A DNA stretch of 64,000 nucleotides, from NCBI GenBank assembly GCA_013003115.1, contig JABDLF010000058.1:3716-67715 (forward strand). The letters run 5' to 3'. Below are positions 20,146 to 30,476 of the stretch, piece after piece. This DNA is from Gammaproteobacteria bacterium (GTDB lineage Bacteria; Pseudomonadota; Gammaproteobacteria; Steroidobacterales; JABDLF01). The position numbers and the translations under genes were made by a program. Numbering within the stretch: position 1 is the stretch's first letter; each line of letters begins with the position of its first letter. Under the pieces are notes generated by a model. The model saw nothing but the letters and a program-made list of their open reading frames with translations, was not told the DNA's origin and made no database searches.

Positions 20146-22569
20146 ATGTTTGCATCACTAGTATTTGAGTCCCGTGCGTACGCCTTCAATCCGCACGCTC
20201 TGGCCACATTGGCCACGGCTCTTACAGGGGCACTCATCGGCATCCTGACGCTCAGGCGGGAGCGCGGCTCGCGCGTTGCGCTTCCATTTGCTCTTATCAC
20301 ACTTTGCCTGTCTGTGTGGATGACCGGCTCGACAATGATGTATCTGTCGCAGATTGCGGAAGTGGCCGAATTCTGGGCGCGCTTTGGACAACTTTTCATC
20401 GCCTTCATACCGGCCCTTGCATTTCTTTTTGCGGTGCGCCTGGTCAACCGCATTGAGCAGCTGCGGTATTACGTCTACGTGGCCATGCTCATTTCGAGTT
20501 CGTTCTTTGCCATGGTCCTTTTTTCAGATTTGCACACGAGCGGAATCTATCGCCATCCGTGGGGCTTTTACCCGCGCTATGGTCCGGCCGGACTGCTTTT
20601 TGTCGCGTACATTTCGCTGATGCTCGGCGCCTGCATGTATCTTCTGTGGCGCGCTTACGGACTGGCTGAGCAAGCCAGCATAACCCGGCGAAGAATCCGA
20701 TTGCTGCTGGTCGGAATCGGCATTGCCGGCCTGAGTGCGGTCGACGTTCTTGCCACCTTCGGTCTCCCTGTTTACCCGTTCGGATTCGTGATGCTGTTTG
20801 TTTTTTTCTGCATCATGGCGCTGATTACATGGCACTATCACCTCATCGATATTACGCCTGCGGTAGCGAGTCGCAAAATCATCGAGACCATGAGTGACGC
20901 CCTGCTGGTGATGGACGAAAACGCCAGAATCAGCCTTATAAACCCGGCTGCGAGTACGCTACTGGGAATACCGGAAGCCGAACTGATCGGAACCCAGGCT
21001 GACAAGCATTTAGCCGGGCTGCAGCTGGGCAACATCCTCAAAGAACTTGATAGCCAGCAGGTGATAAGGAATCGCCAGGTGCCCTTCCGCGAGGCGAAGG
21101 GCGCCCGCCGAGTGCTGAACGTGTCTGCCTCGCGCATGCATGACCGCCACAATACGAGCCTCGCCTCGATCATGGTCATGAGCGACATCACTGAACGCAC
21201 AACAGCGGAAGAGCGCGTTAAGTTCCTGGCATTTAATGATGAGCTCACGCGTTTACCCAATCGACTCAATTTTTATGCGCGACTTGAAGAAGAACTGCAG
21301 TCGGCGAATCAGAACAATCGCAGATTCACAGTGCTTTATCTGGATCTGGACCGATTCAGACGAATCAATGAGACACTCGGCCACATAGCAGGCGATGACC
21401 TGCTGTGCGCTGTGGCAGAGCGCTTAAAGAACAGGCTCGAAAACCCCGCAGCCGGCAGCAATTTCCCAAGCATGCTGCCCAACGGTTTTGTAGCCAGAGT
21501 GGGTGCTGACGAATTCGCGCTCGCGATGGCCAGCCTGGTCGACCTCAACGACATTCGCAGTTTCGCTGGCAGACTTCTGGAGGACATAGGGCAGCCTTTC
21601 ATGCTTGGCGAACACGAGGTAACGATCAGCGCCAGCATCGGCATAGCGCAGTATCCGCAACATGGTGACGACACCAAGAACCTGTTCAAGAATGCCGACT
21701 CTGCCATGTATCACGCAAAAGACGCCGGCCGAAATACTTTTCGACTTTACAATGATGACATGAAGGCCAACACGGCCGACCGGCTTGCACTTGAAAATGA
21801 TCTCCGGCGGGCAGTGGAACGAAATGAGCTTGAGCTCTACTACCAGCCCCAGTTCGATGGCCGCTGCAGATCAGTTGTTGGCTGCGAAGCTCTGCTGCGC
21901 TGGCATCATCCGGAGCGCGGCATGATATCGCCCATGGTCTTCATTCCACTTGCGGAAGAAGTCGGGCTTATACACAAGATCGGTGAATGGGTGCTCAACG
22001 CGGCCTGCAGGCAGGCTCAGCTATGGCAGACCGCCGGATTCAAAGACCTCAAGGTGGCTGTGAATCTGTCGGGCCACCAGTTTCGGCAATCCAATCTCGT
22101 GCTCGTCGTTGCCCAGGCTCTGATTAAGTCGGGCCTGGATGCCCGTTTGCTTGAGCTCGAGCTTACCGAGGGAATAATCATGCGCAACGTGGTGGAGACC
22201 ACTCGCACCCTCGGTGAACTGAAGTCGATGGGCATAGGAATTTCGGTCGATGATTTCGGAACCGGCTATTCATCACTGAGCTACCTGAAGCGGCTGCCCA
22301 TCGACGTGATTAAGATCGACCGATCGTTTGTAAGCGACATAAGCACAGACGCGGATGATCGCGCAATCACTGATGCCATCATCGGGCTGGCGCACAGCCT
22401 CAGGAAGTCGGTGATTGCCGAAGGTGTAGAGACAGAAGAGCAGGTTGCTTTTCTCGCTCAGCGGGACTGCCACATAATGCAGGGATACCTCTTCAGCAAA
22501 CCGCTGCCGGCAACCTCCTTCACGGAGTTGCTGCGAGGTTCCGAAGGCAAGACTCACCAGATGCCATAG
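20146..22569 (+). CDS. 7TM (HisKA_7TM-like)-PAS-GGDEF-EAL protein, probable c-di-GMP phosphodiesterase
   Basis: About 7 TM helices, PAS, degenerate GADEF; intact EAL, ELTE, DDFGTGYSSL, KIDRSF, AEGVE. Confidence 0.9.
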   Translation: MFASLVFESRAYAFNPHALATLATALTGALIGILTLRRERGSRVALPFALITLCLSVWMTGSTMMYLSQIAEVAEFWARFGQLFIAFIPALAFLFAVRLVNRIEQLRYYVYVAMLISSSFFAMVLFSDLHTSGIYRHPWGFYPRYGPAGLLFVAYISLMLGACMYLLWRAYGLAEQASITRRRIRLLLVGIGIAGLSAVDVLATFGLPVYPFGFVMLFVFFCIMALITWHYHLIDITPAVASRKIIETMSDALLVMDENARISLINPAASTLLGIPEAELIGTQADKHLAGLQLGNILKELDSQQVIRNRQVPFREAKGARRVLNVSASRMHDRHNTSLASIMVMSDITERTTAEERVKFLAFNDELTRLPNRLNFYARLEEELQSANQNNRRFTVLYLDLDRFRRINETLGHIAGDDLLCAVAERLKNRLENPAAGSNFPSMLPNGFVARVGADEFALAMASLVDLNDIRSFAGRLLEDIGQPFMLGEHEVTISASIGIAQYPQHGDDTKNLFKNADSAMYHAKDAGRNTFRLYNDDMKANTADRLALENDLRRAVERNELELYYQPQFDGRCRSVVGCEALLRWHHPERGMISPMVFIPLAEEVGLIHKIGEWVLNAACRQAQLWQTAGFKDLKVAVNLSGHQFRQSNLVLVVAQALIKSGLDARLLELELTEGIIMRNVVETTRTLGELKSMGIGISVDDFGTGYSSLSYLKRLPIDVIKIDRSFVSDISTDADDRAITDAIIGLAHSLRKSVIAEGVETEEQVAFLAQRDCHIMQGYLFSKPLPATSFTELLRGSEGKTHQMP

Positions 22570-22687
22570 TCGGGCAAGCACCATCCTGCTTGGACTGCCG
22601 CTCTGCCAAACCGGCGTGTGACCGCATCAAAGTTCTGCAATCGCGGCGCACGTGCAGCCTGAACTCCGGGTAACAGACTTACTTTAG

Positions 22688-22731
22688 TGTGATAAGCATC
22701 ACATCCCGGCTGCTCGCCTGTTTGTCATAAT
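22688..22731 (+). promoter_or_regulatory. Perfect CRP box plus extended -10 (class II-like promoter)
   Basis: TGTGA-taagca-TCACA at 22688-22703; TGtCATAAT with hexamer at 22726-22731. Confidence 0.75.
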
Positions 22732-22793
22732 ATCGCCAGTACCCGTCGCGCCTTTCACGCGCAGCGCCAACGTCATTTGACGGAGGTTTCAAC

Positions 22794-23744
22794 TTGCACA
22801 ACGCCCCCAGATGCATAGTGGTCAGCGTCGTTTTCGCGACCATGCTGCTCTTTGTTACGCCTGATCCGGCCTGGTCCCGGCAGAACAGCGAACTGCCGGA
22901 ACTCGTTGTGATGTCTGCCGTGAGCGACAATCCTCAGAGCCTCATCAGCAGCATGCGACCGCTCGCAGACTACGTAGAGAAAAAACTGGCTCCCCTCGGC
23001 GTGAAAAACGTCGAAATTCTGATTGCCGAAAACACCGAGCAGATGATTCGCTTCATACGTGATGGACGTGTCGACTGGATTACCGAGACGGCCTACTCCG
23101 CGGCGTTGCTGGAAAAGCGGGCAGGCGCAGAGATTGCGTTGCGCAAATGGAAACAAGGCGTAGCCAGCTACCGGAGCATTTTATTCGTCCGAAAAGACAG
23201 CGGTATCGAGTCCCTCGATCAGATCATTGATCGCAGCGTCGCGTTTCAGCACCCGGGTTCTACCACTGGTTATTTCGTGCCCCGTTCCGTATTTCAAAAC
23301 CTCGGCATGCCGCTGAAATCTCTGCGTTCGGTGCGCGAAAAGGCTATGCCGGGCTTTGTTAACTACGTTTTTTCCGGTGGCGAGTACAACTCGGCACAAT
23401 GGGTTCACAAAGGACTGGTCAGCGCAGCCGTGCTCAGCAACCTCGATTGGCAACGCGACGACATCGTACCTGCCAGCATAAAGCAGGATCTGAAAGTCAT
23501 TTATACAAGCCCACCGTTGCCACGAGCGCTGGAACTGCTGCGTAGCGATCTCGACCCGCGAATAAAGGCGGTGATCACTGAGACACTGCTTGCTGCTCAC
23601 GAAGATCCGCAGGCAAGCGAGGCCTTGCATGCCTACCACGGTACTTTTCGATTTGACAGACTGGACAGCGCCTCGATTCAGGCTCTCGGCGAAATCAGAA
23701 AGAGCCTTGGCAACGGCCCTGTACCGGCAGCGGGTGCACCATGA
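22794..23744 (+). CDS. PhnD-like phosphate/phosphonate-binding periplasmic protein
   Basis: Signal peptide, YRSILFVRKDSGI, AF..PGSTTGYFVP; TTG start after GGAGG; ATGA overlap with the next gene. Confidence 0.85.
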   Translation: MHNAPRCIVVSVVFATMLLFVTPDPAWSRQNSELPELVVMSAVSDNPQSLISSMRPLADYVEKKLAPLGVKNVEILIAENTEQMIRFIRDGRVDWITETAYSAALLEKRAGAEIALRKWKQGVASYRSILFVRKDSGIESLDQIIDRSVAFQHPGSTTGYFVPRSVFQNLGMPLKSLRSVREKAMPGFVNYVFSGGEYNSAQWVHKGLVSAAVLSNLDWQRDDIVPASIKQDLKVIYTSPPLPRALELLRSDLDPRIKAVITETLLAAHEDPQASEALHAYHGTFRFDRLDSASIQALGEIRKSLGNGPVPAAGAP

Positions 23745-25933
23745 GCAGAACACTGCGCATCAACCTCCAGACGCGCTACTCGCTGCAGATAATGGCTATC
23801 ATATTCGCAGGCATGATCAGCTTGTCGGCCTTCTCGGTCTGGCATTTTTCAAGCGCCGCTCATGAATACGAGAGCGTTACCATGTCCGCCATCGAATCGC
23901 ACCTGGAAGAGCAGCTCCGCGAACGGGCTGAGGTCATGACCGAATACCTTGCGCAGGACCTCAGTAATGCGCTACTGGTTTATGACCTGCAGGCCATGCT
24001 TCGACAACTCGGCACCGCGACTGCCCAGAGCGACGTGCTGTTCGCCTATGTGTATGGCGCCGATGGGCTCATCGTTCATGACGGCAGCCCGGAGATCACT
24101 GAATTTGGCCGACCGCTTGATGAACTGCTTGGATGGGAGGCCAGTATTCTGCGCGAGCCCCGCGCCGTCCTCAGCGGAAAAGACCTTGAATTTGTGCGCC
24201 CCATCAACCTGGGCGCCGAGGCACTGGGCGGGGTCGCGGTAGGACTGTCACTTAAAGTGGTTGCTGCAGAGACTGCCGGCCTCAGCAGCGAGCTTCGTCA
24301 GCTCAGCGGGCAGAGCCTGCGCAAAGAAATTTCATATGCTGCGACATTTACGCTGCTTTTTGTTTTGGCCGGCGCACTTCTGGCGCTTGTCACCGCGCGC
24401 CGGCTTGCAGGCCCGATTCGACGTCTGGCCGGCCATGCCAGGCAGGTTGGCCGCGGTCAGTTTGGGCAGCAGGTCGACATACGGCGCAATGACGAAGTCG
24501 GTGACCTCGTCAGCGCCTTCGGCAATATGCAGCAGAGCCTCGAAGCCAATCAAAAAGAGATTGCCTATCTCGCCTATCACGACCCGCTTACCGGCCTGCA
24601 AAACAGGGCGAGCATGATTACGGCATTGAACGAGCTGTGCGCCGATTGTCGCCAGAAAGAAACCATGGGCGCGGTGCTGTTTATTGATCTCGACGATTTC
24701 AAACCAGTGAACGATACGCTGGGTCACGAGGCAGGCGATGCTGTTCTCAGGAGCACGGCCAAACGCTTGCTTGCGTGCCTTGAATCAGACCTCGCAAGTG
24801 GCTGCATAATTGGCGGCGAGGGATTGAAGTCGGCTGCCCGTCTCGGCGGCGACGAGTTTACTGTCATGCTCACCAACCTTGGCGATGAAATGCGCGCTGC
24901 CAGTATTTGCGACGAGATACTTAAGGAGTTGAGCAGGCCGTTTGAAGTTAATGGCAGGGAGATCTTTATAGGCGCCAGCATCGGCGTTTCAGTTTTTCCG
25001 CAAGACGGCCGCGACGCCGAGTCACTGCTTGCACGCGCCGACGTCGCCATGTATCACGCAAAGCGACATGGCAAGCACGCGCACAAGTTTTTTGAAGAAC
25101 ACATGCTGGAAGAAACGCGCGCGAAGCTGTTCCTCATCAACGACCTGCGAAGTGCTCTCAGCAGCGAAGGCCTCACCATGCATTACCAGCCAATCGTTGC
25201 CGCAGCGAGCGGCCGGGTAATCGGGGCGGAGGCTCTGGTCAGGTGGCAGCACCCGCGCCGGGGCCTTATCAAGGCGGCCGAGTTCATCGAGGTAGCAGAA
25301 AAGAGCGGCGAAATAGAGCGGCTCGGGCAATGGGCTCTGGACAAAGTGTGCGCCGATCTCGCGGGGTGGCGAGAGAGCGGCCTTGATGGGCTGTTTGTTT
25401 CAATAAACATTTCGTCGCAGCAGCTTATGCGAGCCGACCTGCATGATTACGTCACCGGTGCTTTATCGCGCTGGGGTCTCGGGTCCCGGGATCTTCGGAT
25501 AGAGGCCAGCGAAGACCGCTTCGCGAAAAATGCTGAAGGTGCAACCAGTGTTCTTCGGGAGTGGAACGCCGCGGGCTTCGAGATCTGGATTGACAACTTT
25601 GGTTCCGGCGCAGGCTCGCTAACGAGCCTGCTCGGCGTTCCGGCAAGGGGAATCAAACTCGACCCCTCATTTATAAAGGGCATCACAACCAACGAGCGGC
25701 TGCGCACTTTCGTCTCTTCCATAATCAAGATGGCGCATTCGCTGCAGCTGGAAGTCTGCGCCGTGGGTGTGACCAGCGCCGCTCTCGCCGACTGGCTCAA
25801 GGAGAACGGTTGCCGTTATCTGCAGGGACAGTTTCTCGGCCCGGAGCTAAATGCCGAAAACTTTATTGGCCATCTTCGCTTCAAGCCTGGTGGCGGCAAT
25901 GACGAGAATCCGCGATCGCTCAAAGCTATATAG
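23741..25933 (+). CDS. Membrane sensor HAMP-GGDEF-EAL protein, probable diguanylate cyclase with degenerate EAL
   Basis: 2 TM, HAMP (DEVGDL), DLDDFK and RLGGDEF intact; EAL domain has DNFGSG and AVGV instead of DDFGTG and EGVE. Confidence 0.9.
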   Translation: MSRTLRINLQTRYSLQIMAIIFAGMISLSAFSVWHFSSAAHEYESVTMSAIESHLEEQLRERAEVMTEYLAQDLSNALLVYDLQAMLRQLGTATAQSDVLFAYVYGADGLIVHDGSPEITEFGRPLDELLGWEASILREPRAVLSGKDLEFVRPINLGAEALGGVAVGLSLKVVAAETAGLSSELRQLSGQSLRKEISYAATFTLLFVLAGALLALVTARRLAGPIRRLAGHARQVGRGQFGQQVDIRRNDEVGDLVSAFGNMQQSLEANQKEIAYLAYHDPLTGLQNRASMITALNELCADCRQKETMGAVLFIDLDDFKPVNDTLGHEAGDAVLRSTAKRLLACLESDLASGCIIGGEGLKSAARLGGDEFTVMLTNLGDEMRAASICDEILKELSRPFEVNGREIFIGASIGVSVFPQDGRDAESLLARADVAMYHAKRHGKHAHKFFEEHMLEETRAKLFLINDLRSALSSEGLTMHYQPIVAAASGRVIGAEALVRWQHPRRGLIKAAEFIEVAEKSGEIERLGQWALDKVCADLAGWRESGLDGLFVSINISSQQLMRADLHDYVTGALSRWGLGSRDLRIEASEDRFAKNAEGATSVLREWNAAGFEIWIDNFGSGAGSLTSLLGVPARGIKLDPSFIKGITTNERLRTFVSSIIKMAHSLQLEVCAVGVTSAALADWLKENGCRYLQGQFLGPELNAENFIGHLRFKPGGGNDENPRSLKAI

Positions 25934-25979
25934 TCACGACAAGACATCGGCGGCCAGGCCGGGCTGCCTCGCTCTTCTT

Positions 25980-26948
25980 TTAACTGCCAACGCGATGCAG
26001 GTGATGAACCGCAATCTCGGGTGGACAGTTAAAACGAACATCGAGCAGCGATGTTCCGGCACCATGTGTCGTGTAGCCCTGGACCTGACCTTTTCGCCAT
26101 CTGCCTTTGCAGTATCGGCGGGCGCATCTTGAATTTGTCACCGGCGGCCAGCCGCCCGGCAGATTAATTTGTCCGCCGTGACTATGGCCGCACAAAACGA
26201 AATCGTAGCCCTCAAGCCTGGCGTCATGCACTATTTCCGGGGAATGGCTGAGAAGAAGCTGGCATGCGCCATCCGGCACGCCTGTGCCTGCAGCAGCAAG
26301 GTCGCAAGCACCAAAATATCCGGCGTCATCGACACCGGCAATCCAGAGTCTTTCTCCGTCTCGTTCTATGTGGGTTGCCTCGTTGATGAGCACTTCGTAG
26401 CCGGCGCCCTCCAGCGCCGGAACCCAGCGCAGCGAATCGTGATTACCAAGTACAAGCAGGCACCGGCGTTTCAACGCCGAACGAAGCCGCCGCATCGCGG
26501 CAAGGGTTGGCCCCGCATCACCGTGGGTATGGAACCTCAGGTCACCGGTAATAACACAAAGGTCGTAGCCTTCGACCTCGCTCACGGTCTGCACCAGCGA
26601 ATCCTCGAACTCCTTCGAGGCGTCGATGTGCAGGTCGCTGAGTTGCAGAACCCGCACACCGTGCAGGCCCACCGGCAACCGCCCTGATTCAAATCGGTTT
26701 TGCACAACCCCGATGTCGAGGGCGTTGGCCCTGCCGCGGGCGTAAAGACCACTCAATTTCAGTGCGCCGCGCAACAACGAAGGACCCAGAATCCACTTTT
26801 CGATATAAGCAAACGGGCTCGAGCGACCAGCCACGGGCCTGCCTTCACCCCGCTCGGCGTCAAGCCTGCTACGCACAGCGGCCGGTCCCAGCCGCGGGCC
26901 TAAGTGGGCCAGCACCTCCTCATCGCCTGGCATGCTGAATTTGTCCAT
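25980..26948 (-). CDS. Calcineurin-like metallophosphoesterase
   Basis: SDLH, TGD, GNHD, LSH, GHSHGGQ. Confidence 0.88.
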   Translation of the reverse strand: MDKFSMPGDEEVLAHLGPRLGPAAVRSRLDAERGEGRPVAGRSSPFAYIEKWILGPSLLRGALKLSGLYARGRANALDIGVVQNRFESGRLPVGLHGVRVLQLSDLHIDASKEFEDSLVQTVSEVEGYDLCVITGDLRFHTHGDAGPTLAAMRRLRSALKRRCLLVLGNHDSLRWVPALEGAGYEVLINEATHIERDGERLWIAGVDDAGYFGACDLAAAGTGVPDGACQLLLSHSPEIVHDARLEGYDFVLCGHSHGGQINLPGGWPPVTNSRCARRYCKGRWRKGQVQGYTTHGAGTSLLDVRFNCPPEIAVHHLHRVGS

Positions 26949-27023
26949 TTCGAGTGACTATACACCTGCGCTCGCGGCCTACCGGACTGGACGCCGCCCG
27001 ATGATTTGCGTAATACGTTGGCT

Positions 27024-28160
27024 ATGCCCGGCAAACAGCGACACCTCTTCGACATCCCAAGGGACATCTGTTACCTGAACAGCGCCTACATGGGGCCCCG
27101 CCTTCACAGCGTCACCAAGGCGGGTCGTGCAGCAGTCGAAACCGGTCGCGCGCCCTGGTCGCTCACGTCCGCGGATTTTTTTGAGACGGCAGACCATATA
27201 AGGCGCGTTTTTGCCGGTCTGATAGGCAGCGGCGAAGAAAGCATCGCAATTGTGCCCTCGGTCAGTTACGCGATGGCCGTTGCGGCCGCCAATATTGAAC
27301 TAAAGCCCGGCGACGAGATTGTTCTCCTCGAAGAGCAGTTTCCGTCCAATGTATATCCGTGGCAGAGACTGGCTGCAGAATGCGGTGCGACCATCCGCAC
27401 TGTTTCCCGGCCAAAGGACTGTGACTGGACGACGGCAGTCCTAAGCAACATCAGTGCGCGCACGGCCCTCGCCGCGCTGCCGCAGGTACACTGGACTGAC
27501 GGCAGCCGGATTGATCTTGAGGTCGTGGGCAGGCGCTGCAGAGATGTTGGCAGCGCCCTTGTGCTGGACCTCACTCAGTCACTCGGGGCCGCGCCGTTTT
27601 CCATCACAGAAGTTAAGCCCGATTTCATGGTCGCTGCGGCCTACAAATGGCTGCTCGGTCCCTACGGTGTCACCTATCTGTATGTTTCCCCGGCGCGCCA
27701 GGACGGCGTGCCCATCGAACAGACCTGGATGGGCCGTTATGGCAGCGAGGATTTTTCGTCACTGGTAAGCTACCAGGACGCATACCGTGACGGCGCACGG
27801 CGCTTCGATGCCGGCCAGCATTGCAGCTTCATTTTGTTGCCGATGGCCCTCGAAGGGCTCCGGCAGATCGCCAGCTGGACACCGGACGAGACCGCCTCGA
27901 CCCTTCGCGAGATTACGGATCTTATTGCCAGTCGCGCAGGCGCACTCGGTTTCGACGCTACGCCAAGCTCGGCGCGCAGCCCGCACATGCTTGGGCTGAG
28001 CTATCCTGATTCGGTCCCTTCGGGCCTGCTCGACGCGTTGGCAGCTGAGCGCGTTTATGCCAGCGTGCGCGGGCGACGCATCCGGGTTGCGCCGCATCTG
28101 CACGTTGACGATGAAGACATCGAGAGATTTTTTGCAGTTTTGGCCGACTTTGCGCCATGA
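27024..28160 (+). CDS. Class V PLP aminotransferase (cysteine desulfurase-like)
   Basis: YLNSA, QFPSNVYPW, DLTQSLG, YKWLLGPYG, RVAPH. Confidence 0.85.
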   Translation: MPGKQRHLFDIPRDICYLNSAYMGPRLHSVTKAGRAAVETGRAPWSLTSADFFETADHIRRVFAGLIGSGEESIAIVPSVSYAMAVAAANIELKPGDEIVLLEEQFPSNVYPWQRLAAECGATIRTVSRPKDCDWTTAVLSNISARTALAALPQVHWTDGSRIDLEVVGRRCRDVGSALVLDLTQSLGAAPFSITEVKPDFMVAAAYKWLLGPYGVTYLYVSPARQDGVPIEQTWMGRYGSEDFSSLVSYQDAYRDGARRFDAGQHCSFILLPMALEGLRQIASWTPDETASTLREITDLIASRAGALGFDATPSSARSPHMLGLSYPDSVPSGLLDALAAERVYASVRGRRIRVAPHLHVDDEDIERFFAVLADFAP

Positions 28161-28201
28161 TTCTCAACAGGCCCCAGGGCCGGAACAGGGAGATCTGACC
28201 C

Positions 28202-29659
28202 ATGCAGCGTTTTCTGATAACCACGGCAGCAATATGCGCTCTGTTCATGCCATCGGCGCTGCCGGGCGCGGATGCTGAACTTCGCGAAAGCCTGTTTGCA
28301 GATGCTGACCTTCTGCTTGAGGCCGCACGTGCATCCCGTGCAGAGTTGCTCGCGCCACGCAGCCACAAGCGCGCCCTTGAAGCGTATCAGGATGCCGAAC
28401 AGAGATTTGAGAGAGGGCAGGCGATAGCGAGAATTCAGGAGGACCTGGCAAGTGCCGAGGGTCATTTAAAAGAGGCGATCGAGGCCGCGAGCAAAATGGC
28501 TGCGGCACTGCCCAATACCCTGAAGGCGCGTAATGATGCGCTGACCTCCGGCGCGCGCGACGGCGCATTCGAGATGTTCGCCGCCACGGAAGAAGATTTG
28601 TTGGAGCTCGCAGAAGACATCGAACGAGGCCGCAACAGAGACCTCAGGCAATTCGACCAGAGCCTCGCCACCGGCTATCGGGACGCAGAACTTGCCGCCA
28701 TCAAGAAGGCATTGCTCGCAGATACGGGCGCGAAGCTGCAACAGGCGGACGCACTGCGCGCAGACCGCTATGCGCCGCGCTCGCTGGCCCGTGCTCGTGC
28801 ACTGCTGGCACAGGCGAGCGCCGCGCTGGATGAAGACCGATACGATGCCGATCGGCCGCGAACGCTCGCACGAGCCGCGGACATTGAGGCTCGCCACGCC
28901 ATTTACCTGGCAAGACAGATCAATGATATCCGTGAAAATCGGCTCAGCACGGAGGATCTTGTGCTGGCTTGGGAAAAGGCCATGGGCCGAATCGCAGCGA
29001 AGGCAGATCTTGCAGGCAACTTCCACGAAGGGCCTGACCCGGTCGCCGCGGGCGTGGTGGCATTCATACAGTCACGGCAGGAGGAAATCGCCAGCCTGCG
29101 CAACGAACTTGCGGAAAGCCGGCAGCAAATCGATCAGATGGAAGTAGAAATTCGCGACCTTGAGCAACGCCTGGGAGGCGTTGCCAGCGAGCGCTCAGCG
29201 CTCGAGGAAGAACTCGCACGCCAGGCAGAAGTGCGCCGGCGCTATGCGCAGATCGGCGACATGTTCGAGGACGAGGAAGCCCTGGTCATCAGGGAATCAG
29301 GCAAGATCACGCTGAGACTCGTCGGGCTTAAATTCGCCGTGGGCGAGGCTGATATCAGTGCGACGAATTTCCCGCTGCTGGCCAAGGTTGAGAGTGCCAT
29401 CAGGGTCTTCCCCCGAGCTCGCCTGGTGGTCGAAGGTCACACGGACGCGTTCGGCAGCGATCAGAAGAATCTCGAATTGTCACAGGATCGCGCCGGGGCC
29501 GTACGCCAGTATTTGCTCGCCAGCATGCGTTTGAATCCGGGCCAGATTTCCGCCACGGGCTACGGCGAAGCAAAACCCATTGCCAATAACGAGACCGCCG
29601 AAGGTAGAGCGTCAAACCGGCGTATTGAACTCGTCCTGTTTACCGACGAAACAATATGA
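28202..29659 (+). CDS. Exported coiled-coil protein with C-terminal OmpA-like peptidoglycan-binding domain
   Basis: Signal peptide, helical repeats, VEGHTD, NLELSQDRA, NRRIEL. Confidence 0.85.
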   Translation: MQRFLITTAAICALFMPSALPGADAELRESLFADADLLLEAARASRAELLAPRSHKRALEAYQDAEQRFERGQAIARIQEDLASAEGHLKEAIEAASKMAAALPNTLKARNDALTSGARDGAFEMFAATEEDLLELAEDIERGRNRDLRQFDQSLATGYRDAELAAIKKALLADTGAKLQQADALRADRYAPRSLARARALLAQASAALDEDRYDADRPRTLARAADIEARHAIYLARQINDIRENRLSTEDLVLAWEKAMGRIAAKADLAGNFHEGPDPVAAGVVAFIQSRQEEIASLRNELAESRQQIDQMEVEIRDLEQRLGGVASERSALEEELARQAEVRRRYAQIGDMFEDEEALVIRESGKITLRLVGLKFAVGEADISATNFPLLAKVESAIRVFPRARLVVEGHTDAFGSDQKNLELSQDRAGAVRQYLLASMRLNPGQISATGYGEAKPIANNETAEGRASNRRIELVLFTDETI

Positions 29660-29669
29660 TCCTGCAAGA

Positions 29670-30476
29670 TCAGCCGCAGGCGGGACGTCTGCCCGACCGG
29701 CGGGCCTGCTCGTAAATCGCGAGCGCACCTGGCATTTGGGCGCCAAGCGCTCGTATCCGGGTGTCCCCTGCCGGGTGGGTCGACAGAAATTCGGGCGGCT
29801 TGCTGCCGCTGCCCTTTTGCATGTTCTCCCATAGCGGGATGCTCTCGCGGGGGTCGAAGCCTGCCCGGGCCATAAACTCAAGGCCCAGCGCATCTGCCTC
29901 GCTTTCCTGGGCGCGGGAAAACGGCAGCAATATTCCTACCTGGGTGCCGAGCCCGAGCGCGGCAAATAGCTGACTCTTGCGGGGACTCGGGTCGCCCGCA
30001 AGCACTTGTACGACCTGCAAGCCGCCCTCTGCCAGCATGCCTGTAGAAACCCGCTCGTTGGCATGACGAGCCCTGACGTGGGCAATCTCGTGACCAACCA
30101 CGGTTGCCAACTGATGCTGGTTCTCCGCTGTGTCAAGCAAGCCACGGTAAATGCCTATCCGACCACCGGGCAGGGCAAAAGCATTGACCTGCTCGTCATC
30201 GAAAACCACAACTTCCCAACGCGACAGATCTTCGTCATCCATTGACCGAAGTATTGTTTCAGCAACGCATCGCGCATAGTCCACCCGCGCGGGGTCCCGC
30301 AGCTGCCGCGTCGACTGCTTCAACTCTTCGAACGCCGCCAGCCCCATGCTGTCCACCTGCTCCTCGGGCAGAACGATAATCTGTCGGCGGCCGGTGGGAG
30401 AGGTTGCACAGGCTGCCAGAACAAGCAGCGGCAACAGAATAAGCGCGACAACCCGCAGTTTCGGTTTCGACGTCAT
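29670..30476 (-). CDS. M48 family metallopeptidase lipoprotein
   Basis: LAAC lipobox, [23 protein letters not shown]. Confidence 0.92.
   Translation of the reverse strand: MTSKPKLRVVALILLPLLVLAACATSPTGRRQIIVLPEEQVDSMGLAAFEELKQSTRQLRDPARVDYARCVAETILRSMDDEDLSRWEVVVFDDEQVNAFALPGGRIGIYRGLLDTAENQHQLATVVGHEIAHVRARHANERVSTGMLAEGGLQVVQVLAGDPSPRKSQLFAALGLGTQVGILLPFSRAQESEADALGLEFMARAGFDPRESIPLWENMQKGSGSKPPEFLSTHPAGDTRIRALGAQMPGALAIYEQARRSGRRPACG

Noticed and set aside
22617-22631. TGTGA-ccgca-TCAAA as an extra CRP box
   Set aside because: 5-bp spacer and a mismatch; does not fit CRP or FNR geometry
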